A stretch of DNA of 64,000 nucleotides from Eledone cirrhosa (GCA_964016885.1 OZ024747.1:35712001-35776000), one strand, 5' to 3'; counted from the first letter of the stretch, positions 39,570-57,100 are shown. The notes: generated by a model from the letters alone, not told the origin. Program-made: numbers and translations.

Positions 39570-41107
39570 GCTGGTAATTTATGATGATTAGATAAATAAT
39601 CGTATTGTTAAGTGAGTATATACTGTAAGCGATCAGTTCATTGAATTATGCACGTAATCATCTTGATGTGGACTCCTTTAATACCTATTAATAGACTCCA
39701 CTCTAGCTTGGAGATGTGATACATAATTGATTTATATTTGAGACGGGGGTTGTCTATTACCTGATGGCCAGACTAGTTTATATGAGAGATCGGATCTCCG
39801 AACCATACCGAAGATTTACTGGAAATGCAGGCAAGCAATGACCCGGAGCCTACCGGGTGACATATATAATAGTGGGACCATACCAGGTCCTACTGTTGTA
39901 TTACATTTGCATTGAGCAGTGACTTGAGAGTCCGACTCCTCTTATAGAACGTTCAGATATGACACCCCTTAATTATTGGTTGGCAATCATCCTAGTATAT
40001 ACACCCTTGTACTTCTTAATGAACAACTCTCTAACTTATAAATGGGTACCATACTCTAGATATTAGTTATAACTTCACATGATAGGCACGTATTTGAATC
40101 ACCATTAATGTAGTTTAGCATAGTAATGTAACTAAAATAACTAGCTAGTTACCTCCCCTTACGCATTAGTTCCCCTTAATCATTCAGGCACTTCCGGAAT
40201 TTGGACAGCATGATATATTAATTAAGAACCGACTGGATACCGTTTATAGCTTGACTATATGCTGAACCACTGCGAATTATACGATAGACGCATGTTCTCT
40301 ATATATATATTGCGCCTCATGGATTATGTGAGTGGTGGTGTGAGCAAGGACAGTGGTACGACCTTGCCTACGATACAATAAGGTTTATAGTATGTTGAAG
40401 GTTTTTGATATTTTGGTGTTTCCCCGCATCCGAGACTGTATATCATACAGATGTATGAGAATAAATGACTTAATAATTCAGCATATATTATAAGATCAAT
40501 TGCCTGCTTCAACTGCATGACCCTGCAAATATCATTCTGACGCACTCTAATCATGTATAGATAAGACAAGCGTGCATGCTACACGGGAGATTGCTTCATG
40601 CACTGACTACTCTAAGCTTTCCTCTTGCTTTATCTTCATAGACTGCCAACGCTTCATGTTTATCTTTATTTTCACTCTTGCTTTTATTTTATTTTATTTT
40701 TATCATGTAACACTTTATTTTTATCATGTAACACTTTATATGTAAATTGCCATGCTATTTCATTTGATGAATGTCACCCCACTGTTGATCAATATGCGCA
40801 TATGTTTTATGTGTCTCTTGGGTTGAAAAGGAGGTCAAGTATGTTATAAATAACTGCTCCGAAGAATCCAAACCTCGGTTTGGAGGAAACAAATGTAAGC
40901 AAATAAATGACTTAAACTGAACTTTGATTACTGTAATCTCTATATAACTGCTCTGTATAACAACTGATGTTATTACATTGAGCTATTTATCTTACTGGTA
41001 ATAGGATAGTAATTAAAGACTATCTCTCACTCTTTAGGGTTTGTGTATATATAATATATTACCATCAAAGATTTTATTGCATACATAACCATAAATAGTA
41101 CCCTTAA

Positions 41108-41163
<56 letters not shown>

Positions 41164-41168
<5 letters not shown>

Positions 41169-41366
41169 AACAAGTAAGACCCCGACGGCTGAGCTCAAGC
41201 CGTTTCGACGGCTAATTCTGGACTGAATTAGTCCAGAATTAACCATCGAAACGGCTTGAGCTCAGCCGTCGGGGCCTCACTTGTTCCTATTACCCACTCT
41301 ACTAACCTAAGTATTGAGTACTTTGGTGCGTTATGGTCCACCTGGTTCCTTACCACTTTTCCATCG

Positions 41367-41368
<2 letters not shown>
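41164..41368. repeat. Solo fold-back pseudo-LTR of the 43941-47180 PLE family (another piece at 41879-42020)
   Basis: Same sequence as 43941-44080, folded back at ~41227. Confidence 0.85.
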
Positions 41369-41409
<41 letters not shown>

Positions 41410-41414
<5 letters not shown>

Positions 41415-41667
41415 GAAAATGAAAATCCGAAAGCAAGGTAACATTTCCACTCATTTTAATCACGACACATGTCTCAATAAGCGGTAGATCGATCGTGAAG
41501 CCATGATCAGTTTTCACTGATTTGAAGACAATTCATCAGGTAAAAATGAATTATCTTCAAATCAGTATGAACTGATCATGGCTTCACGATCGATCTACGG
41601 CTTATTGAAACATGTGTCGTGATTAAAATGAGTGGAAAAGTTACCTTGCTTTCGGATTTTCATTTTG

Positions 41668-41672
<5 letters not shown>
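41410..41672. repeat. Fold-back with ~125-bp arms and HHR-like remnants
   Basis: 41410-41536 versus 41546-41672. GAAA-CATGTG-TC at ~41607 and rc CTGATGA at 41533-41539. Confidence 0.8.
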
Positions 41673-41720
<48 letters not shown>

Positions 41721-41826
41721 TATAAGGATTTAAACAACATTAAACTTGCAAGACCATTTTAAAACAAAGTACTCGATACCTTGCACAGAACAGTCTGACA
41801 ATATTCCAAAAAATTTGGGCTAGGAC

Positions 41827-41880
<54 letters not shown>

Positions 41881-42034
41881 CGAACGAAATGTGGTAAGGA
41901 ACCAGATGGACCATAACGCACCCAAGTACTCAATAGTTAGGGTAGGAGAGTGGGTAATAGGAACGAGTAGGACCCCGACGGCTGAGCTCAAGCCGTTTCG
42001 ACGGCTAATTCTGGACTAAATATATATATAATAT

Positions 42035-43680
42035 ATATATATAAAAGTTTACATATATATATATACATACATATACGTGTTTTGCACTTTGTGCCTCAAT
42101 GAAAAATTAATAAATTAAACAATCAGAGCTATATATCATAAGACATTTCTATAGAATCACAAGATAAAATATATACTATTTCCTCTCCCAATTAGCATAA
42201 TTAACTATATAAAAAATCGAATAGACCAGGCTATACGAATGAGGCTTCTATGAAGGAATCTCCGACAAATAACCAAAACTAGCGCTTGGCGTCGGCCGTA
42301 GCGGAATAGTTATCGAATATTTCGACAGCGTAATCGCCTAGATACAGTCAACTAAGCAGAATTAGGTTTAAAATAAACTAGGAGAAAATAGAATACATTT
42401 AAATACCTCTACCATGGTTTCGTCCGTGTTTTGAGTTTTCCAATAATTATGTAATAATTATATAAACTCGAGCGCCGGATTCTTCAGGAAGCTCGCTTAT
42501 ATATACTGGTGGCATTTTTGCTAGCAAAAATGCCACCAGTCGTAAGCAACTACCACACCCCTTCCAACTTGACCGCGACTACGTCACGATTTTTAGCCAT
42601 TTTGAAATGAATTCTTGGCGCGATCGTTTTGGAAAATTTAATGTCTAGATATGAGCAAGCTTCCTGAAGAATCCGGCGCTCGAGTTTATATAATTATTAC
42701 ATAATTATTGGAAAACTCAAAACACGGACGAAACCATGGTAGAAGTATTTAAATGTATTCTATCTTCTCCTAGTTTATTTTAAACCTAATTCTGCTTAGT
42801 TGACTGTATCTAGGCGATTACGCTGTCGAAATATTCGATAAATATTCCGCTACAGCCGACGCGAAGCACTAGTTTTGGTTATTTGTCGGAGATTCCTTCA
42901 TAGAAGCCTTATTCGTATAGCCTGGTCTATTCGATTTTTTATATAGTTAATTATGCTAATTGGGAAAGGAAATAGTATATATTTTATCTTGTGATTCTAT
43001 AGACATGTCTTATGATATATAGCTCTGATTGTTTACATTTTTTAATTTTTCATTGAGCCACAGAGTGACCAGTTGCAAAACACGTATATGTATGTGTATG
43101 TATATATATATATGTAAACTTTTATATGTAATAATCTCTCACTAGGTTGAGATACAAATTTGGCTGTATTGTGCTGTGCTTTGTAGCAAAAATGCCACCA
43201 GTCGTAAACAACTACCACACCCCTTCCAACTTAACCGCGACTACGTCACGATTTTTATCCATTTTGAAATGAATTCTTGGCGCGATCGTTTTGGAAAATT
43301 TAATGTCTAGATATGAGCGAGCTTCCTGAAGATTCCGGCGCTCGAGTTTATATAATTATTACATAATTATTGGAAAACTCAAAACACGGACGAAACCATA
43401 GTATAGGTATTTCAATGTATTCTATTTTCTCCTAGTTTATTTTAAACCTAATTCTGCTTAGTTGACTTTATCTAGGCGATTACGCTGTCGAAATATTCGA
43501 TAAATATTCCGCTACGGCCGACGCGAAGCGCTAGTTTTGGTTATTTGTCGGAGATTCCTTCATAGAAGCCTCATTCGTATAGCTGGTCTATTTGATTTTT
43601 TATATAGTTAATTATGCTAATTGGGAGAGGAAATAGTGTATATTTTATCTTGTGATTCTATAGACATGTCTTATGATATA
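42035..43680 (+). mobile_element. Non-coding retrozyme-like element: inverted copy plus ~1.75 copies of a 662-nt monomer, three HHRs
   Basis: 42035-42497 = rc(~42652-43127). Direct repeat at 42522 vs 43184. HHR cores at 42664 and 43326. Confidence 0.85.
42659..42746 (+). ncRNA. Type I hammerhead ribozyme motif (copies at 42405-42492 - and 43321-43408 +)
   Basis: GCTTC-CTGAAGA-(A)TCCG..GAGTTT/AAACTC..CGGA(C)-GAAA-CCATGG-TA-GAAGT, palindromic stem III ACCATGGT. Confidence 0.8.
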
Positions 43681-43834
43681 ATATATATATATATAGTTGT
43701 AGAACACTGGAAGTTAATATCCGTAGTGGTAGAGCACTCAGTCCAATGGACGAGTGAGGGAGAAGTGGTTACACATTCAGTTCACCATACCGAGAACAAT
43801 TTTTTCACCTTAGCTGATTCTCAGCTCGTAATCG

Positions 43835-47181
<3,347 letters not shown>

Positions 47182-47419
47182 ATATATATATATATAGTAA
47201 TAATAATAAATTTGAAGTCTAAAATCCAAAGAGTGTTCGATAAGTATAAATATATATCAGATATATAAGAACCGTAGAGCAAATATTTATTAAAATATTA
47301 AAATAACAGATTAAAGTTTAAGCAAAGAATCGCTGCTTTCACCCTTAACGGGATCTGCAGAAGATCCCGTTAATGGTGAAAGCCGCGATTATTTACTTAA
47401 ACTTTAATCTGTCATTTTA

Positions 47420-47460
<41 letters not shown>

Positions 47461-48263
47461 GATGGTGCCATGTTATGGCATTCATATATGCGAGTTCGTA
47501 GAGGCTACAACAATTAAACTGTAATCGCAAAATCTATCAAAAACATTGCATTAACATTATTCCCGAAAACAATTGCTATTATTCTGAAAGATTTGCTATG
47601 AAACTACAGCAACATTAAAGTAACTATGATGAGAAACAATGATGGTGATGATGATGATGAGTGTCATCATCATCGTGAGCATCATCGCCATCACCATGTC
47701 ATAGTCATCGCCACACAACATTCATATCAAAGATATCGTCAGATTTAAGCCTTATTGAAACATTTGTCAGAACATCATAAATTCATATTACTACAGCAGA
47801 CAAAATGCTATTGATTTCTGTCGAAATGTATAGAGAAACACGTTTATAAAGAAGAAAAAATGAAAGCAAAAAGATATTGCAATGATAATCGAGATTGAAG
47901 ATATGGATATGTCAATGATTGAGATAGAGGAGGTTAGGAGACTATAAAAGAATTAAAAAAAAAGACAGGCAAAACTTTTCACCAAACGGTTATCTTTCAT
48001 CGGTACGGTTTATGTTTTGAATGTAATAAAATTGACGTTGGAATATGGTTTTGTTTTAAATAGACATTCATGGATGCACGTAACGAAACCATTGGACACC
48101 ACCTGGTAGAGACACATTGCATTTAATATGTCTGATAAAAAATTGTCAATATGTCTTATTCAGATGATAATAGACTGTAAAATATTTAAAGCAAAATGTA
48201 GTTAATACATTATATTGTATTACAGAAAATGTAAAACGAAAATTGCATATAAGTAATAACTGA

Positions 48264-51200
48264 TATTATTATTATTATAGTTGCATTTATCTTGCTTTAT
48301 GTTCATACGAGTTATCACCAAGTCACAACCAGTGACCTCAAGAGACAACAAGGTCCGCCATGTTCAAGAAAGAACATACATATTCACACATTCATCTTTA
48401 GTGTTTAGACTTGTGATGTACTTATATTGACAGAATCTTCCTTAGTATATGGGCAGTTCCCATTAGTACTATCTTTTGTATTTCTCCTATACGCGGGTTT
48501 CCTGGGATTTGCGATATGTAATCATTAGATCCCTTAGGTATCATTCCCAGAGCGCCTACAACCACTGGTATTGTTTTAGTTCTCAATTTCCACATTTTTC
48601 CAATTTCTATCTCCAGGTCCTTATACTTGCTCAATTTTTCAAATGTTTTTATAGATACATTCTTGTCTATTGGAACAGACATATCAATTAGCAGGCATAC
48701 CCTCTTTTCAAAGTCTTTCAATATTATATCAGGTCTGTTTGCATCTATTTTTCGGTCTGTTTGGATGCTTAAGTTCCACAAGATTGAGATGTGATCTTTT
48801 TCAAGTATGGGAGGTGGTTGATGCTCCCACCAATTCTTTTGATGGAGCAGGTCAAAATGCTTACACATTATCCAATGTATGTATTGTGCAGCTCTGTCAT
48901 GCCTGTTTATGTATTCGGTAGGAGCTATAGGACTGCACATTGAAATTATATGGTCAATGGTCTCTGGTTGTTTTTTGCATACACGGCATAATGGGCTGCA
49001 CCCATTTTTTATTATGTTGGCTTGGTAATTTTTTGTTGGCAGACACTGATCTTGTGCCGATATAATCAGTCCTTCAGTCTCCGATTTCAGTCCAGAGGAT
49101 GCCAACCACTGATGGGTCAAAGTTTTGTCAACATCAGGATTGTTAGCTCGCTGTGGGTATTTTCCATACAGAGGCTTTTCTTGCCATTTCTTAGCCAGTT
49201 TCTGTAGCAGTTCTTTCTTTGCAGTTACTTTTACCTGCTTAGCTTTTTCTCCTTCTTCTGTGTTTTTCTGTGTTTTCCATTTCAGCAGTAAATGGGACTT
49301 CTGAAATTTGTAGTCCATTACAGTATATTTGTGCATCTTTTGTAATGGAATATGATCTTTTGATGCTTTCGTGTTTCAAAACGAGTTTGATCATCCAATC
49401 ATGTGATTCCCTTAGATATGTAGATAATCCAATTGTTGCAGTTTTCAACGCAATGTCTAACTGGATTAACCCACGTCCTCCTTCTTTCCTAGGGAGATAT
49501 ATTCTATCTATATCTGCTTTAGGGTGATGCATTCTGTGCATGGTTAAGAATTTTCGAATTTTTGTATCGAGCCTACGGATCTCTGTGCTTGACCAGTTGA
49601 TGACATTGTAACTGTAGGTTACTACTGGTATGGCAAGCGTGTTTATGGCATCTATCCTATTCCTTGCATTCAATTCTGTTCTTAAGATTGCTCTTACTCT
49701 GCGGCAACATTCCTTCCTTATCCTTTCCCTCATTGTCGAGTGCTTGATTCCGTCTCCTTCACAAACACCTAGATATTTGTAAGTTTTTTATTGATCAAGT
49801 TCTCTCATCACGTTCCCCCGATCAGGATTAATGTCTGAACTCTTCAGCAGCTTTCCTCTGGTGAACGTTGCTTTGGCGCATTTATCTAGTCCAAACTCCA
49901 TTTTAATGTCATCACTGAACTGCTTCACAGTGGATAATAGCCCTTGCAATTGTTCACCATTGTTTGCAAATAGTTTCACGTCATCCATGTAGAACAGGTG
50001 ATTAATGGTTTTGTCATAGACATAGAAATGATCTGACATAGAAATGTTAACAAACTATAAAGTAGGTGAACATGTTAAACAAACTAAACTTAGAAAATTG
50101 AAAAAAAGGTACAGTATAAAATCAACATGTGACATAGACATACTGATAGAAATAATCAAGCAAAAAGTGTCGGCCAAAGCTGCTCGTATAAGGCGCTTTG
50201 AAAAACGATCTAGATTCTATAAGGACAATAATATGTTTTGTTTCATTGAGCATTTTACTTAATGGTATATGTGCGATGCAGAATAAAAGCGGTGATAAAG
50301 AGTCACCCTGAAAAATTCAACAATTAATATTAACTTCTCCATCTTCCAGTGATTTTGTTTCACTATTCAAAAGGAGTGTCGTTTTTCATGTCTTCATACT
50401 GAATGACAAAAACCTCCTGACAACGGGGGATACTTTGAAAAATCTCTAAACATTTTTCAATCCAACTGTGTGGCAAACTATCGAATGCTTTTTTATAATC
50501 TATCCAAGCAATTGATAGATTTTTGTGTCTATTATGATAATCTACCAGTATCATTTTGTTAACCAGAAGCTGATCGTTACAGCCATATGAGCCTCGTTTA
50601 CACCCTTTCTGCTCAATGGGAAATAGGTCATTTGTTATCAGGTGGTCATATGTGTATTCAGTTAGGACTGATGTTAAAATGTTATACATTGTGGTCAAGC
50701 AATTTATCGGTCTGTAATTTTTGGGATTGTTTGTCTCATCATTCTTCGGAAGCAGGAATGTAATGCCGTTAACTAGCCATGAAGGTATCTTTTCTGGCTC
50801 CTTAACTATTTCATTGTAAAGTTGGGCTAACAGCTCATAAGACTCTGTGAAGGCATTTATCCACAAGTTTTGTATTTTGTCTTTTCCTGGGGATTTCCTG
50901 GTTTTTCTTAGAGCCAAGCGCAACCTTTCAACTGTTATATTTTCCCATGTTTGTTCCTCAAGGTGAGCTGTATCTTTCATTTGTCTGTCTATCCATGGGG
51001 CATGTATGTTATGAACTTTTTCTTCGGCCCAGATCTTTTCCCAGAATTCTTGCACTTCCTCCTTGGGTGGTATTGATTTAGCAGTTATTGTTGACTTACC
51101 AATTTTTCTGTAGAAGTTTCTTTGGTTGTTTTTGAACATATTATTGTCCTTATAGAATCTAGATCGTTTTTCAAAGCGCCTTATACGAGCAGTTTTGGCC

Positions 51201-52448
51201 GACACTTTTTGCTTGATTATTTCTATCAGTATGTCTATGTCACATGTTGATTTTATACTGTACCTTTTTTTTCAATTTTCTCAGTTTAGTTTGTTTAACA
51301 TGTTCACCTACTTTATAGTTTGTTAAAATTTCTATGTCAGATCGGAGAAGGTTTATTTGGCGATTGATGTTCTCTTGCCAAGTAGATTTATTGTGGGAAT
51401 TCCTTTGTTTTTTCATCTTCACTCCACATAAGTGAGTGGTGACTTTAGCCGATGCATAATAGAGATGATTTAAATCAGTAATGTTTAGTTTGTTTGTGTT
51501 GATAATATTTTTGAGAATTATGTTAGTCTTGTGTATTATCTTTTAGTTCTGTTTGGAGTTCTGGATCTTAGGGAGGGTGTCTCGTTGCCCCATGTCAGAT
51601 TCTTTCATTTTCATCCATTCGATCATAATTTCATCCTTCAAGTTGGCAAGTTCATTCTCATTCATTTCTTTATCATTTACGATCTCATTATTTTCATTTG
51701 GAATTTCATCCTGAGCATGCACTCCCTCCACTTTTTCGTTCCTTTCTTTAATTTGTTCTGTTGCCAGTGATTCCGCCCCAACCCTGGGATTCGAAGTGTT
51801 ACAGTTTACCTCGTTTTCACTGACACATGTTTCATTTTCCCTTCGCTGACTTATTGCTAATAGCTTGATCTGATCAATTTCTATATCAGTTAGTAACTTT
51901 TTTCTTACTATATTTCTTCGTATATTGGCTAGTTTGTTACTGTCAATATAGCCTCTGTTTTCGGGATGTTTCTTTTTCCAGTTGATATATGTCTGTTCTG
52001 TATTCGATGTATTTGATGGGGAGTACATGGCAGTGTAGAAAGCCTCAAGGACTTCTTTATTATCTTCCCTTGACCATTTTTCTCTCTTTTTCTTTGGATT
52101 TCTTGGTGGTGAGCATGGAGGGCCAACAGTAGGAGTATTCCGGTTATGGGAGGTCTCCAGCTCCGAAGTGATGGGAAGGTTTGAACCATTAGCTGATTTT
52201 TCGACCCCAGTCTGGTTCCTCTCTGAGGGACGTGGCCCTTTTTTACCCGGGTGACGGCCGATCCGGTATGAGATTTTATCATTAGACATTTACTTTATTT
52301 TGTCGCGTTTTATCCTTATCCGCCAAGGGGTAATCATTTCGTGTTACCACTTCTAGAACGAGTGTCAACCAAGACTAGAGGGGTTGTTCTCCCCAAGAGA
52401 CACGGCTATTCCCCGCCGGCCGCCATCCCGGTATTTCTTGGTCACGGG
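48264..52448 (-). mobile_element. Full-length decayed R4/Dong-clade non-LTR retrotransposon with (TAA)n tail
   Basis: N-terminal KWSREDN..; RT KSPGKD, NYRPINCL, EQKGC, WIDYKKAFDS, YMDD; CCHC CRVC..ETIDHIISMC; restriction-like endonuclease RHD..RPD..D..KYKDL. Multiple frameshifts. Confidence 0.92.
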
Positions 52449-52599
52449 TTTTTTTTTTTTTTTTTTTTTTTAAATTGTTATTATCATGAGTGGTTCCTTA
52501 ATGTGAGGATTGCGTGGCTTAAGAATGAAATTATTAATAACTGTCTCCACTCCAGACACAAGGCCAGCAATCACCCAGTGCATTACAATAATATAATAT

Positions 52600-53434
52600 A
52601 CTTTTTGTTGTAGTTGGCTGTTATTGTTGTTGGCTATGTCGGTGGTGGTGCCGGGGCTTTTTATATTGTTGGTGAGGAAGGGGTGAGCCAGCAGTCCCAT
52701 AGTTGTTGATGCTGACGTTTGGCCGTGGCCAGGTCACTAAGTCAATCTATTTATATCTTTTGCTAGCCTCTCCCTTGTCTAGTGATACCGCCACCTTCCC
52801 CTTTCACTCTCAAGTTAACAGGGGAATAGTGGTGGTAGCATTGAAGGAGTGGTGGCGGCGGGGAGTTGTGGGAGACAGTAGCGGCGGTATCGATACTCAG
52901 ACAATGGTGGTGGTGATGCCGATACCGAGGCAGTGGTGGTGGTGATGTGGTCGTATTACTGTAGTGATGGTGTTGTAGCGGTGGTAGTAACGAAGGAGTG
53001 GTGGCGGCGGTGATGGGATAGTGGTGGTAATGATGGCAGTAGTGAGTGGTGTTGGTGAAATTGCCGTTATCTGGCTGTTGTGTTTAGTGTACACAGAGAG
53101 GTGATGGGGTAGGTGTTGTATCTAGTTTCTGGTGTTGGTGAGATTGGTGTTGTTTGGCTGTTCTATATAGCGTAGACAGAGGGGGGGGGTTCTTCTTCCA
53201 TTTATAGCCATTTTCTTTTTTGAATATACAATGTACAATACAAAGTGGAATATTTGAATATTTGAGCCTTATAACAATATATTTTGGGTCCGAATTTTTG
53301 GGGGCTCAAGCCGGATGCTTTACGTAGCATTTGTACTAAGAGTTGTTATTTAACAAATGATTTAAATATGTTAAAAATTCAAAACTTACGGGAGCGATAT
53401 CATGACCTTCTACCACCTCGTGCGTCTTCTTCCC
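52600..53434 (-). repeat. Segment X copy 1 (possible 5' end of an L1/Tx1-like element)
   Basis: 52865-53434 is highly similar to 57473-58043. The minus strand has a UTR-like stretch, then ATG and Thr/Pro low-complexity frames. Confidence 0.65.
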
Positions 53435-53502
<68 letters not shown>

Positions 53503-56500
53503 GTTGTTATTCCTTGAATCTCAGTCATTGATGTTGGTTAACTGGAAAGTACGTTGGAATGAATATCAAGCCACTACCTGCAGCCTCAGATATTCAGGAC
53601 GTATCGGAGGGTTCTTGCTGTTCCAAGCAAGCATGCCTATTGAAGCGTTCCAAAAAGTGTGAAGGGGCCGATTTTCTTTAACCATCCCTGGAAACTTTTG
53701 GAGATAGTCCCCAGTGCGCCTATGACAATCGGGATCACTTTGACTTCATGGCAGTTCCAAATCCTTTTCACCTCCCACTTTAGGTCCTGGTATCGGTTAA
53801 TTTTCTCTCTCTCCTTCTCTTGCACTCTTCTGTCGAAAGGGCAGGCCACATCCACAAACAGAAACGATCTTTTTTCTTTGTCCACAACCACCAGGTCAGG
53901 TCTATAGTGTTCCAGTTTTTTGTCCGTCTGTATCCTAAAATCCCACAGCACCTTCACCTGATTGTTCTCCATCACCGCCTCTGGCTTATGCTCATACCAT
54001 TTCTCAGAATGTGGTAAATTGTTTACTTTGCACAGGTGCCAGTGGATCACCCTGCCCATCACATCGTGTCTCCAGCCCTTATAGTGGGTCTGGGCTAGGT
54101 GTTTACACTCGGACACAATGTGAGCCACAGTCTCCTCTCTCTCTCCACAGATCCTGCACAGTGGGCTAGCCTCCTCCTTGTAAATATGGTGCTTCAACCA
54201 CTTCGTTTTGAGGGCCTGCTCCTGCGCAGCCATTAGCATTCCTTCTGTAGCCTTTTTGAGGTCTCCTCTTCTAAACCAGTTCCATGTCTGTGGATCTCTA
54301 AATTCAGTTTTCTCAAAGAAGGTACTATGAAGGGATTTTCCCTTAAGGCTGCTCTTCCTCCTTGATGTTATTTCCTCCTTGGACATCCCCTGGCCTACTG
54401 TCCCCTCCTTCAGTACAGTTCTGAGCATTGGCTCCTTACTATAGGTCACGTATAATATAGGTTGTTTTTCTCCATCTGAACACAGTCCTCTATGCTGATA
54501 AGACCTCTTCCACCCTCAGATCTCCTTAGGTAGAGTCTATCGACATCACTCCTCTTGTGGAACATGTTGTAGATAGTCAATAGCTTCCTAGTCTTCCTAT
54601 CCATTTCTTTTTGTTCAGCAACATTCCATCTCAGAATTCCCGCACTGTACCTAATAATAGACACAGCTCGGGAATTTACTGCGCTTATGGCATTTCTGCT
54701 GTTCAGATGTGACTTCAATACGCTCCTTAATCTCCGAATGTATTCAGTTCTTAACAATTTTCATTTTTTTGTTCTTTAAGCCATCAGCCTCCAGAACGCC
54801 CAAATACTTGTATCCTTCCTCAGAGTCAATTTCCTTTATCATCTCACCTGTTGGTATCTGGATCCCGCTACTTCTGCTCAACCTACCCCTCCTCATCACA
54901 ATGACTCCACATTTACTAATACCCAACTGCATACATATATCACTGCTGAAAATACGGACAGTGTCAACAAGCACATCCAACTCCTTCTCACTTTTCCCGA
55001 AGAGCTTAAGATCGTCCATGAAGAGGAGGTGATTGATGGTAAGCTCTCCCTTTCCCAACAGTATCCTGCTCTCACTTTTCGCAGCATAATGGTCAAGGGC
55101 ATCAGAGCAAGGACAAACAACAGAGGGGACAGGCTATCTCCCTGGAATATACCTCTCTTGATCTTCACGCTTCCCAAGGATACTCCAGTTGATGTCAACT
55201 CTGTCTCCCAGGACCCCATACTCCTGCCCAGCAACTGTCTGATGTTATCTGCCACCCTGAAGATCTCCAGGCTTTTGGTGATCCAAGAATGAGGCACCAT
55301 GTCAAATGCCTTTCTGTAGTCTATCCATCCCATGGCAATATCAGTGTGTCTCCTCCTGCAATTCCCCATTACCATCTTATCAATAACTAACTGGTCCTTT
55401 GTACCACGTGACTTCTTTCGGCATCCTTTCTGTTCGTCCGGTAACAAGTTGTTTGTGTGGAGGTGATGGTAGATTTCCTCAGACACAATGCTCGTCAACA
55501 GTTTCCACATTACGGACAGACATGTGATAGGTCTATAGTTGGTAACATCATTTCCCTTGATTCGGTCTTTCTTTATCAGAACTGTGGTACCTTTTGTCAA
55601 CCACCCTGGCACCTCACCCGACACCAAGCAGTCATTGAACATGGCCGTCAGCTTCGGGTGGAGGGATGATAAATTTGTAATACAATACCCCTGCACACCA
55701 TCTGGGCCTGGTGATTTCCAGTTGGTTAGTTTTTTGGCCTGCCCCTTAAGAGTTTCAACTGTGATACTCAAATCAGTTTGTTGGTGTGCCTGCTCACCGA
55801 TCTCCCTCTGTACTGTCTCAATCCACCCTGCCTGGACATTATGTCTAACATCCTGCTCCCATATTCCTCTCCAGAATGTTTTAGTTTGCTCCGCCCAGGG
55901 ATCAAGTCGTTGCCTTTTTCTTTCCCCTCAAGCTGTCCAAACAGCATCTTCTGGTTGTTGTCGAACATGCGGTTCTGTTTATACTGACTGACTCTGTTCT
56001 CGTATCGCCTGATTTTCGCACTCTTTGCTACAATGCGTTGCTTCAGTTCCTCTATGATAATATTTAGCTTTTTCCTCCTAGTTTTGTACTTTATTTCCAG
56101 TCTATTTTTAGTGCCTAGGCTTTTTAGTGTCCCATTCAGTAGTGACTCAAGCTTTCCTATGGCATTTCTCATTTCCCCGATTTGACCACTCAGTCGTTTC
56201 TTCCACCACGGCTCTACTCTTTCTTGTCTGTTGTTTCCTCTCGCTTTTATACCAAGTAGTTTCCTCACCGTATTTGCTGTTGCTTTGAGGATATTGTTGC
56301 ACTGGTGAAGGCTCCTCGCCTCAAGGTATGGGATGACTTTGTTTACCTTAGCTGTTGTTTCTTTTAACTTTTTCCTGTCTACACATCTTAGGTTCATAGG
56401 TCTCCCGCTATCATTGTTCAATTCATCTACCACTAAATTTAGGTTGTCAACCGAATCTTGTCCTAGCCCGTCAGCATTCATCTCCTCAGTGGCCGTATCT

Positions 56501-57100
56501 CTGTTCCAGGTATTATTTATCTCAGTATTCAGATCATTGTCTGCTTCGGATGGTTCCTCCGTTCTCAGGACCTCTTCACATTCATTTCCCACTGGCTCGC
56601 TTGTCTGGCATACTACACCCGCCATCTCCAAGCCATTCTCTCTGCTCAGTTCCTCCAGTTCCAGCTCGCTTATCCACCCATTAGTTCTTATTACCCGAGC
56701 CTGCCCGGCCAATTTTTGTTCATCTAATTTAAATAGACCAATCTCGTTCCAAATGTTATGCATCCGTCTCCTGTAGCCCCTCACCTTGGGGTTACTTTTC
56801 AGGTAACATTGCATAACAGTTCTATTCAATTATTTTGTCCAGTTGGTTCTGGCTCCTTTCCTTCTTCTTCCTCCAACATCAGCAGTATTTGGTTGACAGT
56901 CAGGTTCCTGCTGCTGAGCCAGGGGGCACCTGTTGGGTGAGAGTCTGTCACATGACGTTCTAGTCTCCATTTCACCGTTATTCGAACTGTTTATGTTCGA
57001 TATTTAAACACTCTTATCGAGGATTGGCGAATGTATGGTTACATAGCCATCTGTGGATTCGCCGTTCCACTTGGCCCTTGTGTGGCATTATCACCACGCT
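53435..57100 (-). mobile_element. Second full-length decayed R4/Dong element (different family) with long (TAA)n tail at 53435-53510
   Basis: NWKSPGPDGVQ, NYRPITCL, QGDSLSPLLF, FMDD, CRIC..ETVAHIVSEC, RHD, RPD, D..CP, RYQDL. Confidence 0.92.

Larger units (their letters stand above)
35457..41110 (-). mobile_element. Nearly intact Naiad-type PLE flanked by ~1.34-kb near-identical inverted repeats
   Basis: 35457-36796 = rc(39582-40941). RT and GIY-YIG lie between the arms. (TA)n on both sides. Confidence 0.92.
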
